From the NCBI GenBank assembly GCA_963749155.1, contig CAVVLO010000002.1, positions 736,001 to 800,000 on the forward strand: 64,000 bases of DNA. The letters are read 5' to 3'. Positions 43,794-55,308 of the stretch are shown here, piece by piece. Under the pieces are notes generated by a model. The model made no database searches. It was not told where the DNA came from and was given only the letters and a program-made list of their open reading frames with translations. Every line of letters begins with the position of its first letter. Within the stretch, counting starts at the first letter, position 1. Origin of the DNA: an uncultured Armatimonadia bacterium (GTDB lineage Bacteria; Armatimonadota; Zipacnadia; CAVVLO01). Made by a program: the position numbers and the translations under genes.

Positions 43794-46700
43794 CCCCCTT
43801 CGATGCTGGCCAATACTCCCTCGTAAGGGACGGAGTCGGCGCCCTGCTCCAGCAGGTCCAGGCGCAGGCGCGTGATAAGGCCTTTCCACTCGGGGTGGTC
43901 GCCTACAGCTAGCTCATAGGTGTGAAGCGCTCCATCGCCCAGGACCTCAAACTCGAGGGTCTGGGCGACCTCGTTTGTTGAGTCTTCTCGTTGCCAGCGC
44001 AGCGCCACCGTGCCTGCCTGGTTGCTCGAGAGAGTGATGCGCAGCGTTCGGACGGCGCCAGCGGTTACTTCCATACGAGGCCCGTAGCTGAAGGGATCTC
44101 CAGCCAGCGCCCTTACCAGGAGGCCTGCTGGGCGCAGGGGCAAAAGGCGCGGTGCAGTTGGCTTCAAACCAGCCGCAAGGCCCAACCGAGAAGTCGAAGG
44201 CGATGCGCTGAAGGTGGGGCTCCTGATACCGGACCCCCAGCAGCCAAAGCGCCCCGCCTGCGGGGGGCAGCTTGTAGTAGAGGCGGCAGGTCTCGGCCTC
44301 ATACCACCAGCCCGAGGCAGCTTGCTCGAGCGGCCACACCTCTTCCAGTCGCTGGCCCTTGTAGCTGACCGCGGCGGGCGCGCTGAGATTGCAGACGACC
44401 CCATAGGCTGGCAATTTGAGCAACGGGCTTGCTTCGATTGTCAAGGTCTCGTCCGCCCAGGAAGCCTTCAGCTTGCCGCTGCTGCTGACTGTAATCGGCC
44501 CGGCAGGAGTCTCAGCCTTTATTGTGGCAACTTCTACCTGGAAGCCAAGTGACTGTAGCCCCTGGCGCAGCTCGGACTCGGGCGCGATCATCGGGGCATA
44601 GGTCTTGTCGTCCTCAAGGGTCCAGCTATCTACCAGAGCGCCTTCCCACTCGCCTTCTTCGACCTGCTGATACATCGCAGAGGTGAGTATGCCTTCGGCA
44701 ACCTGATTCCAGTCGAAGCTATCATCAAGCGGAGCAAGCTGGCGCAGCGCAGCCGAATATTCCAGCCCGACCCACTGCACCGGACGGCCGAACCAGGGGA
44801 TCGAGAAGTGCGTTGCGCCGAAGTTGGAGACGGTCGCCCAGACCATCCCCTCGCGCTCAGGCAGTTGCCACTTGTAGCAGAAGGGCAACCCTCGCTCGGC
44901 CCAAAGGCGCGCAGCCTCGAGGTAGCGTTGCTCTCCGGTCAGTTGATAGGCATCACAGTTGGCGCGTATAGCGGCAGCGCTGGCAAGTTGGTCGGGGCAG
45001 CGCAGTTGAAGCTCCCACAGGGCGACCCCTTCTGGGCGCGGCTGGGCATTGACCCAGTCAAGACCCCTTAGCAGTGCAGCCAAAGGCTTGGTGTCGCCGA
45101 AGAGGCGACAATAACGCAGCCCACCCGAGACGAAGCCTGCGATCATCCCGCTGGAAGCCGTGCCCACTTCGCCCCAGCGCGGGTCAGCGTTAGGCCCACC
45201 CCAGAAGGGTACCGTGCCATCTGGGCGCAAGGCCTGCCCGTGACCAGCCGCCGCAAGCTGATGTTGACCCGCCATCGCTGCCAGGTAGCCGGCAAGGAAG
45301 GGGAGCTGCTCGGTGTTGCCGTGGGTCGCGCCACTGACCAGGCCACCCGCGCCTCGAGTCTCCAGTCGCCCAGCCAGCGCCTCCTTTACCTGCCGCCTGG
45401 CCTCCAGGGCAACCTCGGGGGCATAAGGCGCAAGCACTTCCGAGGCCACCATCAGCAACTGGATGAGGCCAGGGCAAGAATCCAGCTGCGTCCGGTCGCT
45501 GTGCCACCAGCCTCTGGATTCTGCATCCCAGAATTGCCTCGTGATTGTTCGGACGCAGAGCTCAAGCTGGTCTAATTCATCACGAGGCGCCTCACTTGCA
45601 GGCAGATTATGCCGCGCCAGCCAATAACGCTCCGCCGAGGTGACTTCACTTGATGCCAGCGCGAACACCTCGGCGCGCAGCGTCACGACCTGGCCGGGAT
45701 CGAGCTGGAGCGGCTTACTGGCTACTTCAGCATTCTCGTCATCGCTAGCCGAAAGCGAGGGGATGAAGAGCCTCATCAGCGTGCCATCGCGCCCGTAACG
45801 CCAGTCGGGCGAGGCGAACTCGGCCAAGGGCAGCGCCTGGCCTGGCAGCCACTCGGCAAGCGGTTGCCAGGTGATTCCCGTCGTCGTCTGATTATAAGTT
45901 ACGGCAAGGTAGGGAGTCGTGACTTTATACGGGTGGGGCACGAGGCGCTCGGAGAGTGGCCAGTTGGCAAAGTATGTGCCGCTAGAACGTTCATCCCGGT
46001 TCAGCCATTCAAGCCCTGGGAAGACCGCCGCAGAGCGCGCAGCAGAGGGGTTGCCCATCACAAGCCAGGTAGGTCGGCAGGCCCAGGTGGCCCAATTCTG
46101 TCTGCTTCGAGGCCACCACCTTCAGGGTGATCTCGACCTCTTCAGCGTCAGCTTTGAGGTTGAAAACTAATTGACCAGATAATCCTTCTGGAAGACCTTC
46201 CAGTTTCAGTCGGGCAACCTGAACGCCCAGACTTTCCAGCAGAAGTACCTCGTCAGCATAAAGAGCTCGTGGCGCAACCTCACCCACACGGGCAAAAGTC
46301 GCAGCGTTTGCGAAGGTACCTGCCAGCCGCCACTCGCCTCCCACCTTGTGATACAGGAAGGCTGGTCCTGTCTGACCTTTCGGCAGGTCGGCGAATACCA
46401 GTCGCAGCTTGCCGTTATCGAGCGCCTGCTGGCCGGGCGCGCCGACCATCACTTGCCCACTGGCCGTAAAACGCTGCCCCCCTTGCTGGAAGACTCCCTC
46501 CAGCTTGTGCAGTCCGGACGATGGGGCTGGCAGGCTCAAGCACCAGGCGCGTCACGTCATGCTGAGAGATGGGAGCGCTCTCCTCCAGCACACCGAACCC
46601 GGCCGGCTTGCCGTCCAGGCGCACCTCGATGGCCCTGGCGGGCTCCAGGTCGCCTTCTCCAGCACTCCGCAGAGCAAGACTTACGGCGAGTGGCTCACCT

Positions 46701-47530
46701 GGAGGCGCGAGGGCCCTCAATCCACCGAAGGCAAGCACTTCCGCCCGGCCTTCATACTCGGCTGCCGCGACCAGGAGGCCGGTGGCGCCTGTGAGTTGGA
46801 GGGTCTCAAGACCGCGCCCTTCGACCAGCGAAAGCAATCCCTCTGGCGGCACTGCTCCGGCTGGGATTGCAAGCTTCGTCGAGCCGCAGACGACCGTTAT
46901 TGGGCCTTCTCCCTCTGGGAAAAGTCGCAGCAACACGACCCCCTGACGCGCTAGCGGAGTTGGCAGCGCCAGTTCGCTCGCGGGAGCTTGCTCTGGCATA
47001 AAGGCCTCGAGCCGGCAGCCGGATAACCGCGGCTTGCCCCAGTCCGACCAGTCAAGGGCATTGCCACCGAGGGGATCAAGCTCCAGTCCCAACTTCACTC
47101 GTTTGCCCTGCCAGCCTGTAATATCGGCCGCAAGAGGCGCCCACCCGTTCGCTATAAACTCGGCGCGCGCAAGTCGCTGCCCGTTAACCGCCAGCCCAAA
47201 ACCTACCCCGTCAGCATCAGGCGCCAGACCAAGTTGCCTTGCGTCCTGCAAGCCGCCATATCCGACGAAGAAGAGGCGCTCTCCCTTTGCGGTTTTAGGA
47301 AGCTTCACTTGCCAACTGTAGTCACCAGGGCTCGAGGCGGGATGACAGAGCAACCCCATCAGGCTGAGGCCGCCACAACTGGTCGCAAGCAGTCGGTCAT
47401 CGTCCATCACGTTGTTCGCTTGTCGCTCCGCAAAGCGATCGAGCAGATCAAGAACGACACTTGCCTGGGGCACGGCAGCCAGCACTCGAGTGGCGGCCAG
47501 CAGCAGCATAAGGGCGACCAGCAGACGCAT
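43790..47530 (-). CDS. Large secreted multidomain hypothetical protein (alpha/alpha-barrel and lectin-like domains), several frameshifts
   Basis: Signal peptide MRLLVALMLLL; consecutive ORFs 46415-47530, 46009-46539, 43947-46061, 43790-44404; AYQLTGEQRYLEAA toroid motif; C-terminal HPEWKGLITRLRLD. Confidence 0.55.
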
Positions 47531-47551
47531 GAGAACCTCCTTTTGGGTAAA

Positions 47552-48790
47552 TTACTCGACCGACCGCCTTACTTCCTCACGGGCGATGCGCCCCCATTCA
47601 TCGAACCGGGCGGGGTCACCGTTGCAGGTGTGCGTGTCCTTCAACACGATATCGAGGACGCAGTCGTTGGCCCTGGCGATTTCCAGAGTTTCTCTTATGT
47701 CCTGCCGCACCCATTCCGGATCGAACTGCACCCCTGCGAGGGTCGCGGGGTTGGGCTTCCAGTTGTAGATAACCTTATTGCCCAGTTTCTCTGCGCTGAT
47801 GCGCTTGTCGGCCCAGGGGCTGATTGAGACGCGTCTCAGGTGGGGTACGCGCTTCATCAGGAAATCAAGCTTGAGATGCAAAGGCTCGCAGCAACCGTAG
47901 ATGGTCAGGCCAAACTGCTCGAGGATGGGCAACTGATAAGGCAGCACAAACTCCTCGTGCATATCCGGCGAGACTTCGGACATCGTCTGCGCCTCGGTAA
48001 AGCCCCACATATCCTTCAGCCTGACGGTACCTTCGAAATCGCGTTGGGGCAACTCGGTCGTATAACCAAAACTGCCCGAGCCAACATAATCATTGCCGTT
48101 GTTCAGACAAAGCGCCCCTTGTTCCTCCAGCGACTTCAGCCAGGCAAGTCGCCCATCGGAGAGCCGCTGCATCCCCGCGCGCAGCAGTTCGGGATTGTCA
48201 GACATATCGATATAGGTCTGAGTAATACCCCGCAGCATCGTCCACTCGTCAATGAGCCCGAGCGCCCACCAGTATTGACCGCGCAGGCGTACCTCCAGGA
48301 TATCGCCCAGTAGCTCATCGAAGAAGGCGAGGTTGCGCGCTGTAGCTTCCTCATCCAGCCTGGCGGTTGGCGTCTGGATGAGTTCTACATCATCCATTGT
48401 CTTTACTGGGGCATCCCAGACATAAGCGCCTTTATACTGCTCAGGCGCGTGCGTCTCCCAGGCCAGGCCCCAGCCTGTCATATGCACGACCGGCCCGACA
48501 TTGAAGTAGTGGTCGCATTGTTGATCATCGGAAAAGTGCTCTGCCGCATACAGGCGCATTTTGAAGCCATATTCAATCCCGCGCGCATCGGCCTCTTCGC
48601 ACTCCATCGAGCTGGGAGGCAACAACTCTTCCCAGGCGCCCTCTGGCGAAATAAAAATAAGTGGCCTGACCGGCTCCAGGCGGTTTTGGGCCTCCCATAA
48701 GTCGGGCTTCTCGAGTTCGTGCGGCGTGGCTGCTACCTCGGCAACGCGCCTGGCAAGCTCGCGCAGTAGATTGCGGTCTTTGGCGGTCAT
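47552..48790 (-). CDS. UROD/MetE-like TIM-barrel protein
   Basis: VSPDMHEEFVLPYQ, YGCCEPLH, RRVSISPW, KPNP motifs. Confidence 0.6.
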   Translation of the reverse strand: MTAKDRNLLRELARRVAEVAATPHELEKPDLWEAQNRLEPVRPLIFISPEGAWEELLPPSSMECEEADARGIEYGFKMRLYAAEHFSDDQQCDHYFNVGPVVHMTGWGLAWETHAPEQYKGAYVWDAPVKTMDDVELIQTPTARLDEEATARNLAFFDELLGDILEVRLRGQYWWALGLIDEWTMLRGITQTYIDMSDNPELLRAGMQRLSDGRLAWLKSLEEQGALCLNNGNDYVGSGSFGYTTELPQRDFEGTVRLKDMWGFTEAQTMSEVSPDMHEEFVLPYQLPILEQFGLTIYGCCEPLHLKLDFLMKRVPHLRRVSISPWADKRISAEKLGNKVIYNWKPNPATLAGVQFDPEWVRQDIRETLEIARANDCVLDIVLKDTHTCNGDPARFDEWGRIAREEVRRSVE

Positions 48791-48917
48791 AAGGCACCTC
48801 GGGCATGAATATATGACGACCTGGAGAAGGTTCGCCTCGGAGAGGGTAGCCCCCTGCAGGGCAGGGCTGACGAGCTGGGCGTCGAAAAGGGCCGACCTTA
48901 ACAGGGAGGTACGCTCT

Positions 48918-50105
48918 ATGAGAAAGCTAGTATTGACTGCGCTTGCGTTGGTTGCGCTGCCCACCTGCCTGCTGGCCGCTGATGCGCCCAGTTACAAGCT
49001 GGGAACAATAACCTTTGAAGGGTATGGCGAAATCACAGGCCTGCAGTATTACAGTCGCTTCTTCGGGCACGATGCTGCCGTAGACCGAGACTTCACCTCG
49101 GGCGCCGAGGCCTATGATTATAGCGCCCACCTCATCTATGACACCGCCAGCCAGCAGTATCGGCTTTATTCCGGTGGCCGGTGGCTGAGGCCCAACGAAG
49201 GCGACGGCGATCATGTGCTTCAGCATGTCTCAAAGCTGGGCGAACCAGGTTCCTTCAAGATGCCCTATGACCGGCCGGAATTCCTGAACGGCGAGGAAGA
49301 GGGCGAAAAAGACGTCTGGTACGCTCACAACTGCCTCGAACCTGAGGTACTGCGCGTGGGCGACACCTACTATATGTACACGCAGGTGATGATCGTACCT
49401 GGTCAGATCTTGCCCCAGGGCGATGTCGTGGCCGAAGTGGGCGCCGATCGCATCCAGCTCTTCACCAGCAAAGACGGCAACAACTGGGAGCGTTTCAAAG
49501 AGCGCGATGTCGTTATCAACGTGGAGGACCCAGCGCATAGCTTCCTGCACCATCAGGAAGCGCTTTACGTGCCCTGGGATGTTGATGGCAAGCCCTGGTG
49601 GCTGTATATCGGCCTTAACGACACCACGGGCTGGAAGGGCTATTTCCGAGTCAGGTCGGCTGATCCGAAGACCTTCGACTGGTCCACAAAGGAACCGGCT
49701 CCCGGCTTCTCGCAGCTTGGCAACCAGCTTGCCTATTGCAAGCAAGCGCCAGGTGGGCCGCTCTTTGTCCGCATCAGCTTTACCAAAGCTCCCCTTGTCG
49801 ACCGGCAGGTGCCCACACTGCAGTTTTCGCGCGATGGATTGCAATGGAGTCATGGCGCCCCAGGGCAGGTAGTGTTGCTTGCAGGCAGCACCAACGAGGA
49901 CAAGAACCGCAACTGCTACTTCCTCGGGCTGTCTACGCTGGATGGGACAGGCGAACTTGAATATCTGGGCGATGACACTTATCGCGCCCTGTATGTGCCC
50001 ACCACCAGCAACACCCCTGTGGCGATGGAGATCTTCCTGGCTGAGATCGGCCTGGGCGAGGTTATCTTCAAACTGAATACCATCAAGGAAGAGGAGGCCA
50101 AATAA
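48918..50105 (+). CDS. Secreted five-bladed beta-propeller glycosidase-like protein
   Basis: Signal peptide; EPEVLRVGDTYYMY; Asp-box-like SKDGNNW and SRDGLQW. Confidence 0.6.
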   Translation: MRKLVLTALALVALPTCLLAADAPSYKLGTITFEGYGEITGLQYYSRFFGHDAAVDRDFTSGAEAYDYSAHLIYDTASQQYRLYSGGRWLRPNEGDGDHVLQHVSKLGEPGSFKMPYDRPEFLNGEEEGEKDVWYAHNCLEPEVLRVGDTYYMYTQVMIVPGQILPQGDVVAEVGADRIQLFTSKDGNNWERFKERDVVINVEDPAHSFLHHQEALYVPWDVDGKPWWLYIGLNDTTGWKGYFRVRSADPKTFDWSTKEPAPGFSQLGNQLAYCKQAPGGPLFVRISFTKAPLVDRQVPTLQFSRDGLQWSHGAPGQVVLLAGSTNEDKNRNCYFLGLSTLDGTGELEYLGDDTYRALYVPTTSNTPVAMEIFLAEIGLGEVIFKLNTIKEEEAK

Positions 50106-52096
50106 TGGAGCAACTTTTAGTGCTGGCAGTGTTGTTCATCCTCATTACCTCAAGCTTTGCGCTGGCGCAACCTGTAACGGTGCAGAGTCTGCTCGAGGAG
50201 CAGGTAGACTTCGAGCGACTGGCTACTCAACCAGAGGCTGGACGTGACTCTGACCAGTGGTCGAGTTACGACCGGGCAAGCGTAGCACCGGATGCAGAGG
50301 GCTGGTTCGCCAATGCGGACGCGGGGCAGTTCATCCGGACCGAAGAACGCAACGGTGAGACCGAATTCGTGATGGCCGAGATGACCGGCCCGGGCGCCAT
50401 CGTGCGCCTTTGGTCAGCCAATCCCGATGGGGCGGGCATCATACGCATCTATATTGACGATATGACCAGTCCAGCACTCGAGGCTGACTTCCTGGCGCTG
50501 ACCACCGCACAGGTGCCGGAGTTTCCTGCGCCTTTCTCAGGCCGGCGGGCGATGGGGGCCAATCTCTACTTCCCCTTCCCGTATGCGCACCAGTGCAAGG
50601 TAACCGCCACCAAGCCAGGCTTCTACTACCATGTCGGCTACACGACCTTCCCCCAGGGCACCGAGGTAGAACCTTTCAATCTGGAGACTTTTGCCACGCT
50701 TGGCCCGACGCTGCTCAAAGTGGGCAGGCTGCTTGAGAATCCCACCAGTGGGTTCAACACTCGCGGCGCCAAACGCGTGCCCGTAAAGGTGACCATCCAG
50801 CCTGGCAAGAGCGCAGTATTGGCCGACCTGAAAGGGCCAGCGGCTATCTGTCAGCTTACTATGAACGTCGAGGTTGACGATCCCAACCTGAAGACTCTCC
50901 TAAGAGAAACCGCCCTTTCTATAAGCTTCGATGAGGAGGCCGCCCCTTGTGTCTGGGCGCCGCTCGGAGACTTCTTCGGCTCGACGCCTGGCATCAATCC
51001 TTACCAGAGCTTGCCTCTTGGGATGGCTGCCGATGGCGGGGCCTACTCGAACTGGTATATGCCCTTTGGCAAGCAGGCGAAGATCGAAGTGAAGAACGAG
51101 AGCAAGTTCCCCCTCGAGCTTGCCTTCAGCACCTACTGGAAGCCTATCAAGTGGACCAGCGACCTGATGTATTTCCACGCGGGCTGGAGGAGTGAATGGT
51201 TCCCCGTAGAGCCGGCCTTCCTGGACTGGCGGATGCTGGACGCGACCGGGCCTGGGCGCTTTGTCGGAGTGATGCTGGGCGTCACGAACACCGCGCCTGG
51301 CTGGTGGGGCGAGGGCGATGAGAAAGTCTGGGTGGACGGCGATACCTTCCCCAGCTTCTTCGGCACTGGCTCGGAAGATTATTTCGGTTATGCCTGGTGC
51401 AATCCGGAGCTTTTCACCCATGCGATGCACAACCAGAGCGTCTGCACCGGCCCTGGCAACTTCGGCTACACGGCGGTCGCGCGCTTCCATATCGCCGATG
51501 ACATCCCCTTCCAGCAGCGCATCAGGTTCGACATCGAGAAGTGGGATGCCGCCGAACGTGGTTACTGTTGCACCAGTTACTGGTATGCGGTGCCAGGCGC
51601 GACCGACTTCTTCAAGCCGGTGCCTGTGAACGAGCGACGCCTCTGGCCCCTGAAAGACCTGAACGTGAAAATCAAGGGCGCTCTGGAGGGAGAGGAACTG
51701 GAGATCGTCACGCTAACCGGTGGCACGACCAGCATCCAGGCACTGACGGCTGAGGGCTTCTCGAATATGCATCATCTCTGGTGGCAGCAGGCTGGCGTGG
51801 GCGGCGAGTTGGTAGTCGAGGTGCCAGTGGCAAAGCCAGGCAAGCACCGGATTATCGTGAATCTGACCAAGTCGTGGGACTACGGCATCTTTCAGCTTTC
51901 GGTGGATGGCAAGCCGGTCGGCGATCCGGTCGACCTTTACAGTGCCGTAATCGCCCCCGAGAAGCTTGACCTCGGAGTTTTCACGCTGGGCAAGAGCTTC
52001 AAACTGGGGCTTAAGTGCGTTGGCATCAATGAGCTGTCAGATCCCAAAAGCTATATGGCCGGCCTCGACTATATCCTGCTCGAACCAGTCGAGTAG
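50105..52096 (+). CDS. DUF2961 (GH172-like) secreted protein
   Basis: SSYDR, GPGAIVRLWSANP, APLGDFFG, YMPF, WWGEGDEK, GTGSEDYFGYAW. Confidence 0.85.
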   Translation: MEQLLVLAVLFILITSSFALAQPVTVQSLLEEQVDFERLATQPEAGRDSDQWSSYDRASVAPDAEGWFANADAGQFIRTEERNGETEFVMAEMTGPGAIVRLWSANPDGAGIIRIYIDDMTSPALEADFLALTTAQVPEFPAPFSGRRAMGANLYFPFPYAHQCKVTATKPGFYYHVGYTTFPQGTEVEPFNLETFATLGPTLLKVGRLLENPTSGFNTRGAKRVPVKVTIQPGKSAVLADLKGPAAICQLTMNVEVDDPNLKTLLRETALSISFDEEAAPCVWAPLGDFFGSTPGINPYQSLPLGMAADGGAYSNWYMPFGKQAKIEVKNESKFPLELAFSTYWKPIKWTSDLMYFHAGWRSEWFPVEPAFLDWRMLDATGPGRFVGVMLGVTNTAPGWWGEGDEKVWVDGDTFPSFFGTGSEDYFGYAWCNPELFTHAMHNQSVCTGPGNFGYTAVARFHIADDIPFQQRIRFDIEKWDAAERGYCCTSYWYAVPGATDFFKPVPVNERRLWPLKDLNVKIKGALEGEELEIVTLTGGTTSIQALTAEGFSNMHHLWWQQAGVGGELVVEVPVAKPGKHRIIVNLTKSWDYGIFQLSVDGKPVGDPVDLYSAVIAPEKLDLGVFTLGKSFKLGLKCVGINELSDPKSYMAGLDYILLEPVE

Positions 52097-52111
52097 CAGC
52101 CAGCAGGCAAG

Positions 52112-52153
52112 AAAAAACGCCCCGGGCTCCTGGGTCCGGGGCGTTCGCTTTTG
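52112..52153. terminator. Bidirectional terminator between convergent genes
   Basis: A-tract, AACGCCCCGG/CCGGGGCGTT stem, downstream TTTT. Confidence 0.8.
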
Positions 52154-52157
52154 TGGC

Positions 52158-53702
52158 TCAGGCGTGGCTCATGCGACGAGGCAAGACGCTATCGGTGGCG
52201 ACAAGCTCCTCCAGCAGGCGCAATTGCAACTCCTGCCTGAGCCCCTTGTAGGCTGAGTCGTTCCACAAGTTATGTAGCTCCGCGGGGTCGTCTTTCAGGT
52301 CGAACAACTCGCCCCAGGGCTGGCCGGAATAAGTTGTCAGCTTGTAGCGGTCGGTGATAAGGGTGCGCAGCTTGAGGCCCAGGTAGTCCTCATCGTTCTC
52401 GACAAGTGCTACCGAACGCACCCGGTCGGCTTCACCCAGCAGCAGAGGCGCAATCGACCTGCCTGGCCAGGCAGGTAGCTGCTGAGCGCCTTCGGGCTCC
52501 GCTGGCACGCGGCCTTCGGGGACGTCTACCCCCGCCAGGTCGAGGATTGTCGGCGCGAAATCGAGGAAACTCGCCAGCGCCTGGGTCCCTGCCTGCTGAA
52601 AGCGGCCCGGCAGGCTCCACAGGAAAGGCGCGCGCAGCAGCCCTTCGAAGTGGAAGGGCCCCTTGTTCTGCAGCCAGTGGTCGCCCATCAGATCGCCGTG
52701 GTCCGAGAGGAAACAGACGACAGTGTTCTCGCGCAGCCCCCTGGCCTCCAGCGCAGCCATCACGCGACCGATGCAGGCATCCACATGAGAGACCATCCCA
52801 TACGTCAGTGCGAGTATCTCGCGAGTCTGGGCTTCGGCCATCTTCGTCGGCGCAAACCGCCCACTGAGGGGGATGCCCTCATACAGCACGCGCTTGAAGA
52901 AGGGCGGCAGGTCACGTTCTTCTCCCTCGCGCCGGCGCGGGGCCACGACATCGGCTGGGTCGTACATACTCGCCCAAGGCTCGGAGGGACAATAGGGATG
53001 ATGCGGATCTGGGAAAGAACACCATGTGAAGAAAGGCTGGTCGGCTGAGTGGCTATTAAGGAAATCAATCGTCCTTTCGGCGACCCAGGTGTTGTAGTGC
53101 AACTCGTCCGGCAGGTCAGTAGGGCCTGCCTGTTCTGTGCCATACCTGGACTTCCGCCAGGCGCTTTGCTCAAGGAAACGATCCGAACCCGGCGCCTGCT
53201 CCCTCCGCCAGGTTGTGTAGTCGCCTCCTGTCCAAGGCCCATGGCCGATGGAAAGCTCCACCGTCTGGAAGCCATAATAGGGCGTCGGAGTTGTGGACAA
53301 TCGGCCTGTCTCCCACATCCAGGCACACTCTGGCCAATCAAGGGGATTAAGTGTAGCTGGTTTTAGCCCGCGCGGCGTCTGGAAGTTGCTCATATGCAGC
53401 TTGCCAACCGAGTGAGTGCGGTAGCCAGAATCCGCAAGCGCCTGCACGATTGTCGGATACGAGGTCGCAAGCGGGATGCCGTTCGTCCGCACCTGGTGAC
53501 CGCGCGGAGTAAGACCCGTAAACAGGGTCGAGCGCGAGGGCATACAGAGCGGGTTGTTGCAGTAAGCTCTATCGAAGCGAACCCCGCTTGCCGCCAGGGC
53601 ATCCAGATTGGGCGTTTGGATAATTGGGTTGCCAGCACAGCCCATATGGTCGGCGCGCATCTGGTCAACCACAAAACAGAGGAAGTTCAATCTTTCAGGC
53701 AT
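52158..53702 (-). CDS. Sulfatase (Cys-type formylglycine-dependent, cytoplasmic)
   Basis: DQMRAD, CMPSRSTLFTG (CxPxR), VGKLH, DPHHP, SDHGD, ELFDL..DP.E..NL. Confidence 0.93.
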   Translation of the reverse strand: MPERLNFLCFVVDQMRADHMGCAGNPIIQTPNLDALAASGVRFDRAYCNNPLCMPSRSTLFTGLTPRGHQVRTNGIPLATSYPTIVQALADSGYRTHSVGKLHMSNFQTPRGLKPATLNPLDWPECAWMWETGRLSTTPTPYYGFQTVELSIGHGPWTGGDYTTWRREQAPGSDRFLEQSAWRKSRYGTEQAGPTDLPDELHYNTWVAERTIDFLNSHSADQPFFTWCSFPDPHHPYCPSEPWASMYDPADVVAPRRREGEERDLPPFFKRVLYEGIPLSGRFAPTKMAEAQTREILALTYGMVSHVDACIGRVMAALEARGLRENTVVCFLSDHGDLMGDHWLQNKGPFHFEGLLRAPFLWSLPGRFQQAGTQALASFLDFAPTILDLAGVDVPEGRVPAEPEGAQQLPAWPGRSIAPLLLGEADRVRSVALVENDEDYLGLKLRTLITDRYKLTTYSGQPWGELFDLKDDPAELHNLWNDSAYKGLRQELQLRLLEELVATDSVLPRRMSHA

Positions 53703-53820
53703 AAGGCGCCTCCTGTAAGTGTAATTTCCACTTTAGACCTCAAGCTCCGATTTCCTCCCCAAGAGCAGGAAGCAGGCCTTTCAGTGCCGAACCGCTAGCA
53801 GCCTGCTCTGGAGGACCAAA

Positions 53821-55308
53821 ATGTCGAAAAATCTCTTACTCGGCCTGTTCTTGCTGGGCCTGGTACTGGGGGTGGGGGCCTTGAAGGCCACCGCTGAGCA
53901 CGTCGAGTCCCTTAGCGACTTCTCGATGGTCGGAGGATTGTCGCCCTGGGTAGAGCTAGGCCCAATGTTTCAGGGCACTGGCAACATCGCCGACTATGAT
54001 GTAACGGTGGAGAATGGCTATTATTTCCACGATGCCGGCTCGCCGTATCATTATCTCTTCTTCACAGCCCGCAATGTCGCGGTGAGCCCCATCACTTATC
54101 TGGTGGGTTATGCGCGGGCCGAGCAGCGCCTATGGGCCCTACAAGGCCGTCCGTCGGCTGACGAGAGCTCGAGGCCAACGGCGTATCGAGCCTCTCCAAC
54201 GTCTGCGTGACGAAGCAGGGCGATACCTATTGCATCTTCCACGACTCGGTGCTGGGCTATATCGGCGCGACGCCTGCGCTTATCCGCTACGCGACGACCA
54301 AGGATCTGGACGGTACCTGGCAGCCGCAGGGGGTGGCCTTCCCCCAGAACACACCCGGCCACTTCGATGACAACTATATGATAGACACGCGGGTGCTCTG
54401 GGACGGGAAGCAGTGGCGCCACTACTACACCAGCCCGCGCAATGTGTTCGACACCACGAGGGCCCAGGGTTGCTGCCTGTCGGACGACCTCGTGACCTGG
54501 CGGCGCTTCTCGGACACCCCGATTTTGGACTCCGACATCGAAGGACTGGCCATCTTCCCGTGGGGGGGAGAATGGCTGCTGATCGGCTGCGGGCCCTCCA
54601 ACACACCGGGGCCAGTACCCTTCCGCACGAAGGTCTACGCGAGCCCCGATGGCCTTACCGACTGGCGCCTGCTGCACACCGGCAACGACTGGTGGGGGCT
54701 GGAGGACCCCTGGCCTGGGACCTTCAACTTCAACCGGGACGAGCAGGGGCTGCCCTTCCTTATCTACTCGGAGACCGGCAAGGCGGCTGATGACCCTCAG
54801 CAGATGCTCTTGATGCTGCTCGCCACAGTGCCCGAGCCTGGCGCGGAGCTACTGGTGGCAAAGGCGCGGTTCGACTCCAGCAATCCGGCAATCTCGGACA
54901 CCGCCGAGGTGCTGCACGACTTCAAGGACGGGCGGGTGCGCTATTGGGCCAAATTCGATGAGGTCGGGCAGGGCAGATATGCGCAGGTGTTCGCGCGCAG
55001 GCCGGCGCTGCAGGATAAGCGCGGCGGCAACCGGGGCCTCAATTTCACAGTGACAGAGGGCCAAATGGCCATCGGCGATGCGGACAGCGTCTGGGCCAGC
55101 GCCCCGCTCGAAGTGCAGCCGAAGCGAGTGGCTGGGGCTGGAGCTGGAGTGCCGAGGTGACCAACTCACCTTCCGCGCGTATGACAACCGCTTCCTCGCC
55201 GTCCAGCAGGAAGTGACCGTCAGCAACGCCGAGTATGCAGCAGGCAGCCTCGCCCTTGCGGCGACGAACGCCCAGGTAGAATTCGCCCGGGTGGAGCTTT
55301 TCGACTAG
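53821..55308 (+). CDS. Secreted beta-propeller glycosidase-like protein with C-terminal beta-sandwich, frameshifted
   Basis: Signal peptide; YATTKDL..W, SDDLVTW, SPDGLTDW repeats; pieces 53821-54210, 54207-55160, 55078-55308. Confidence 0.55.
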
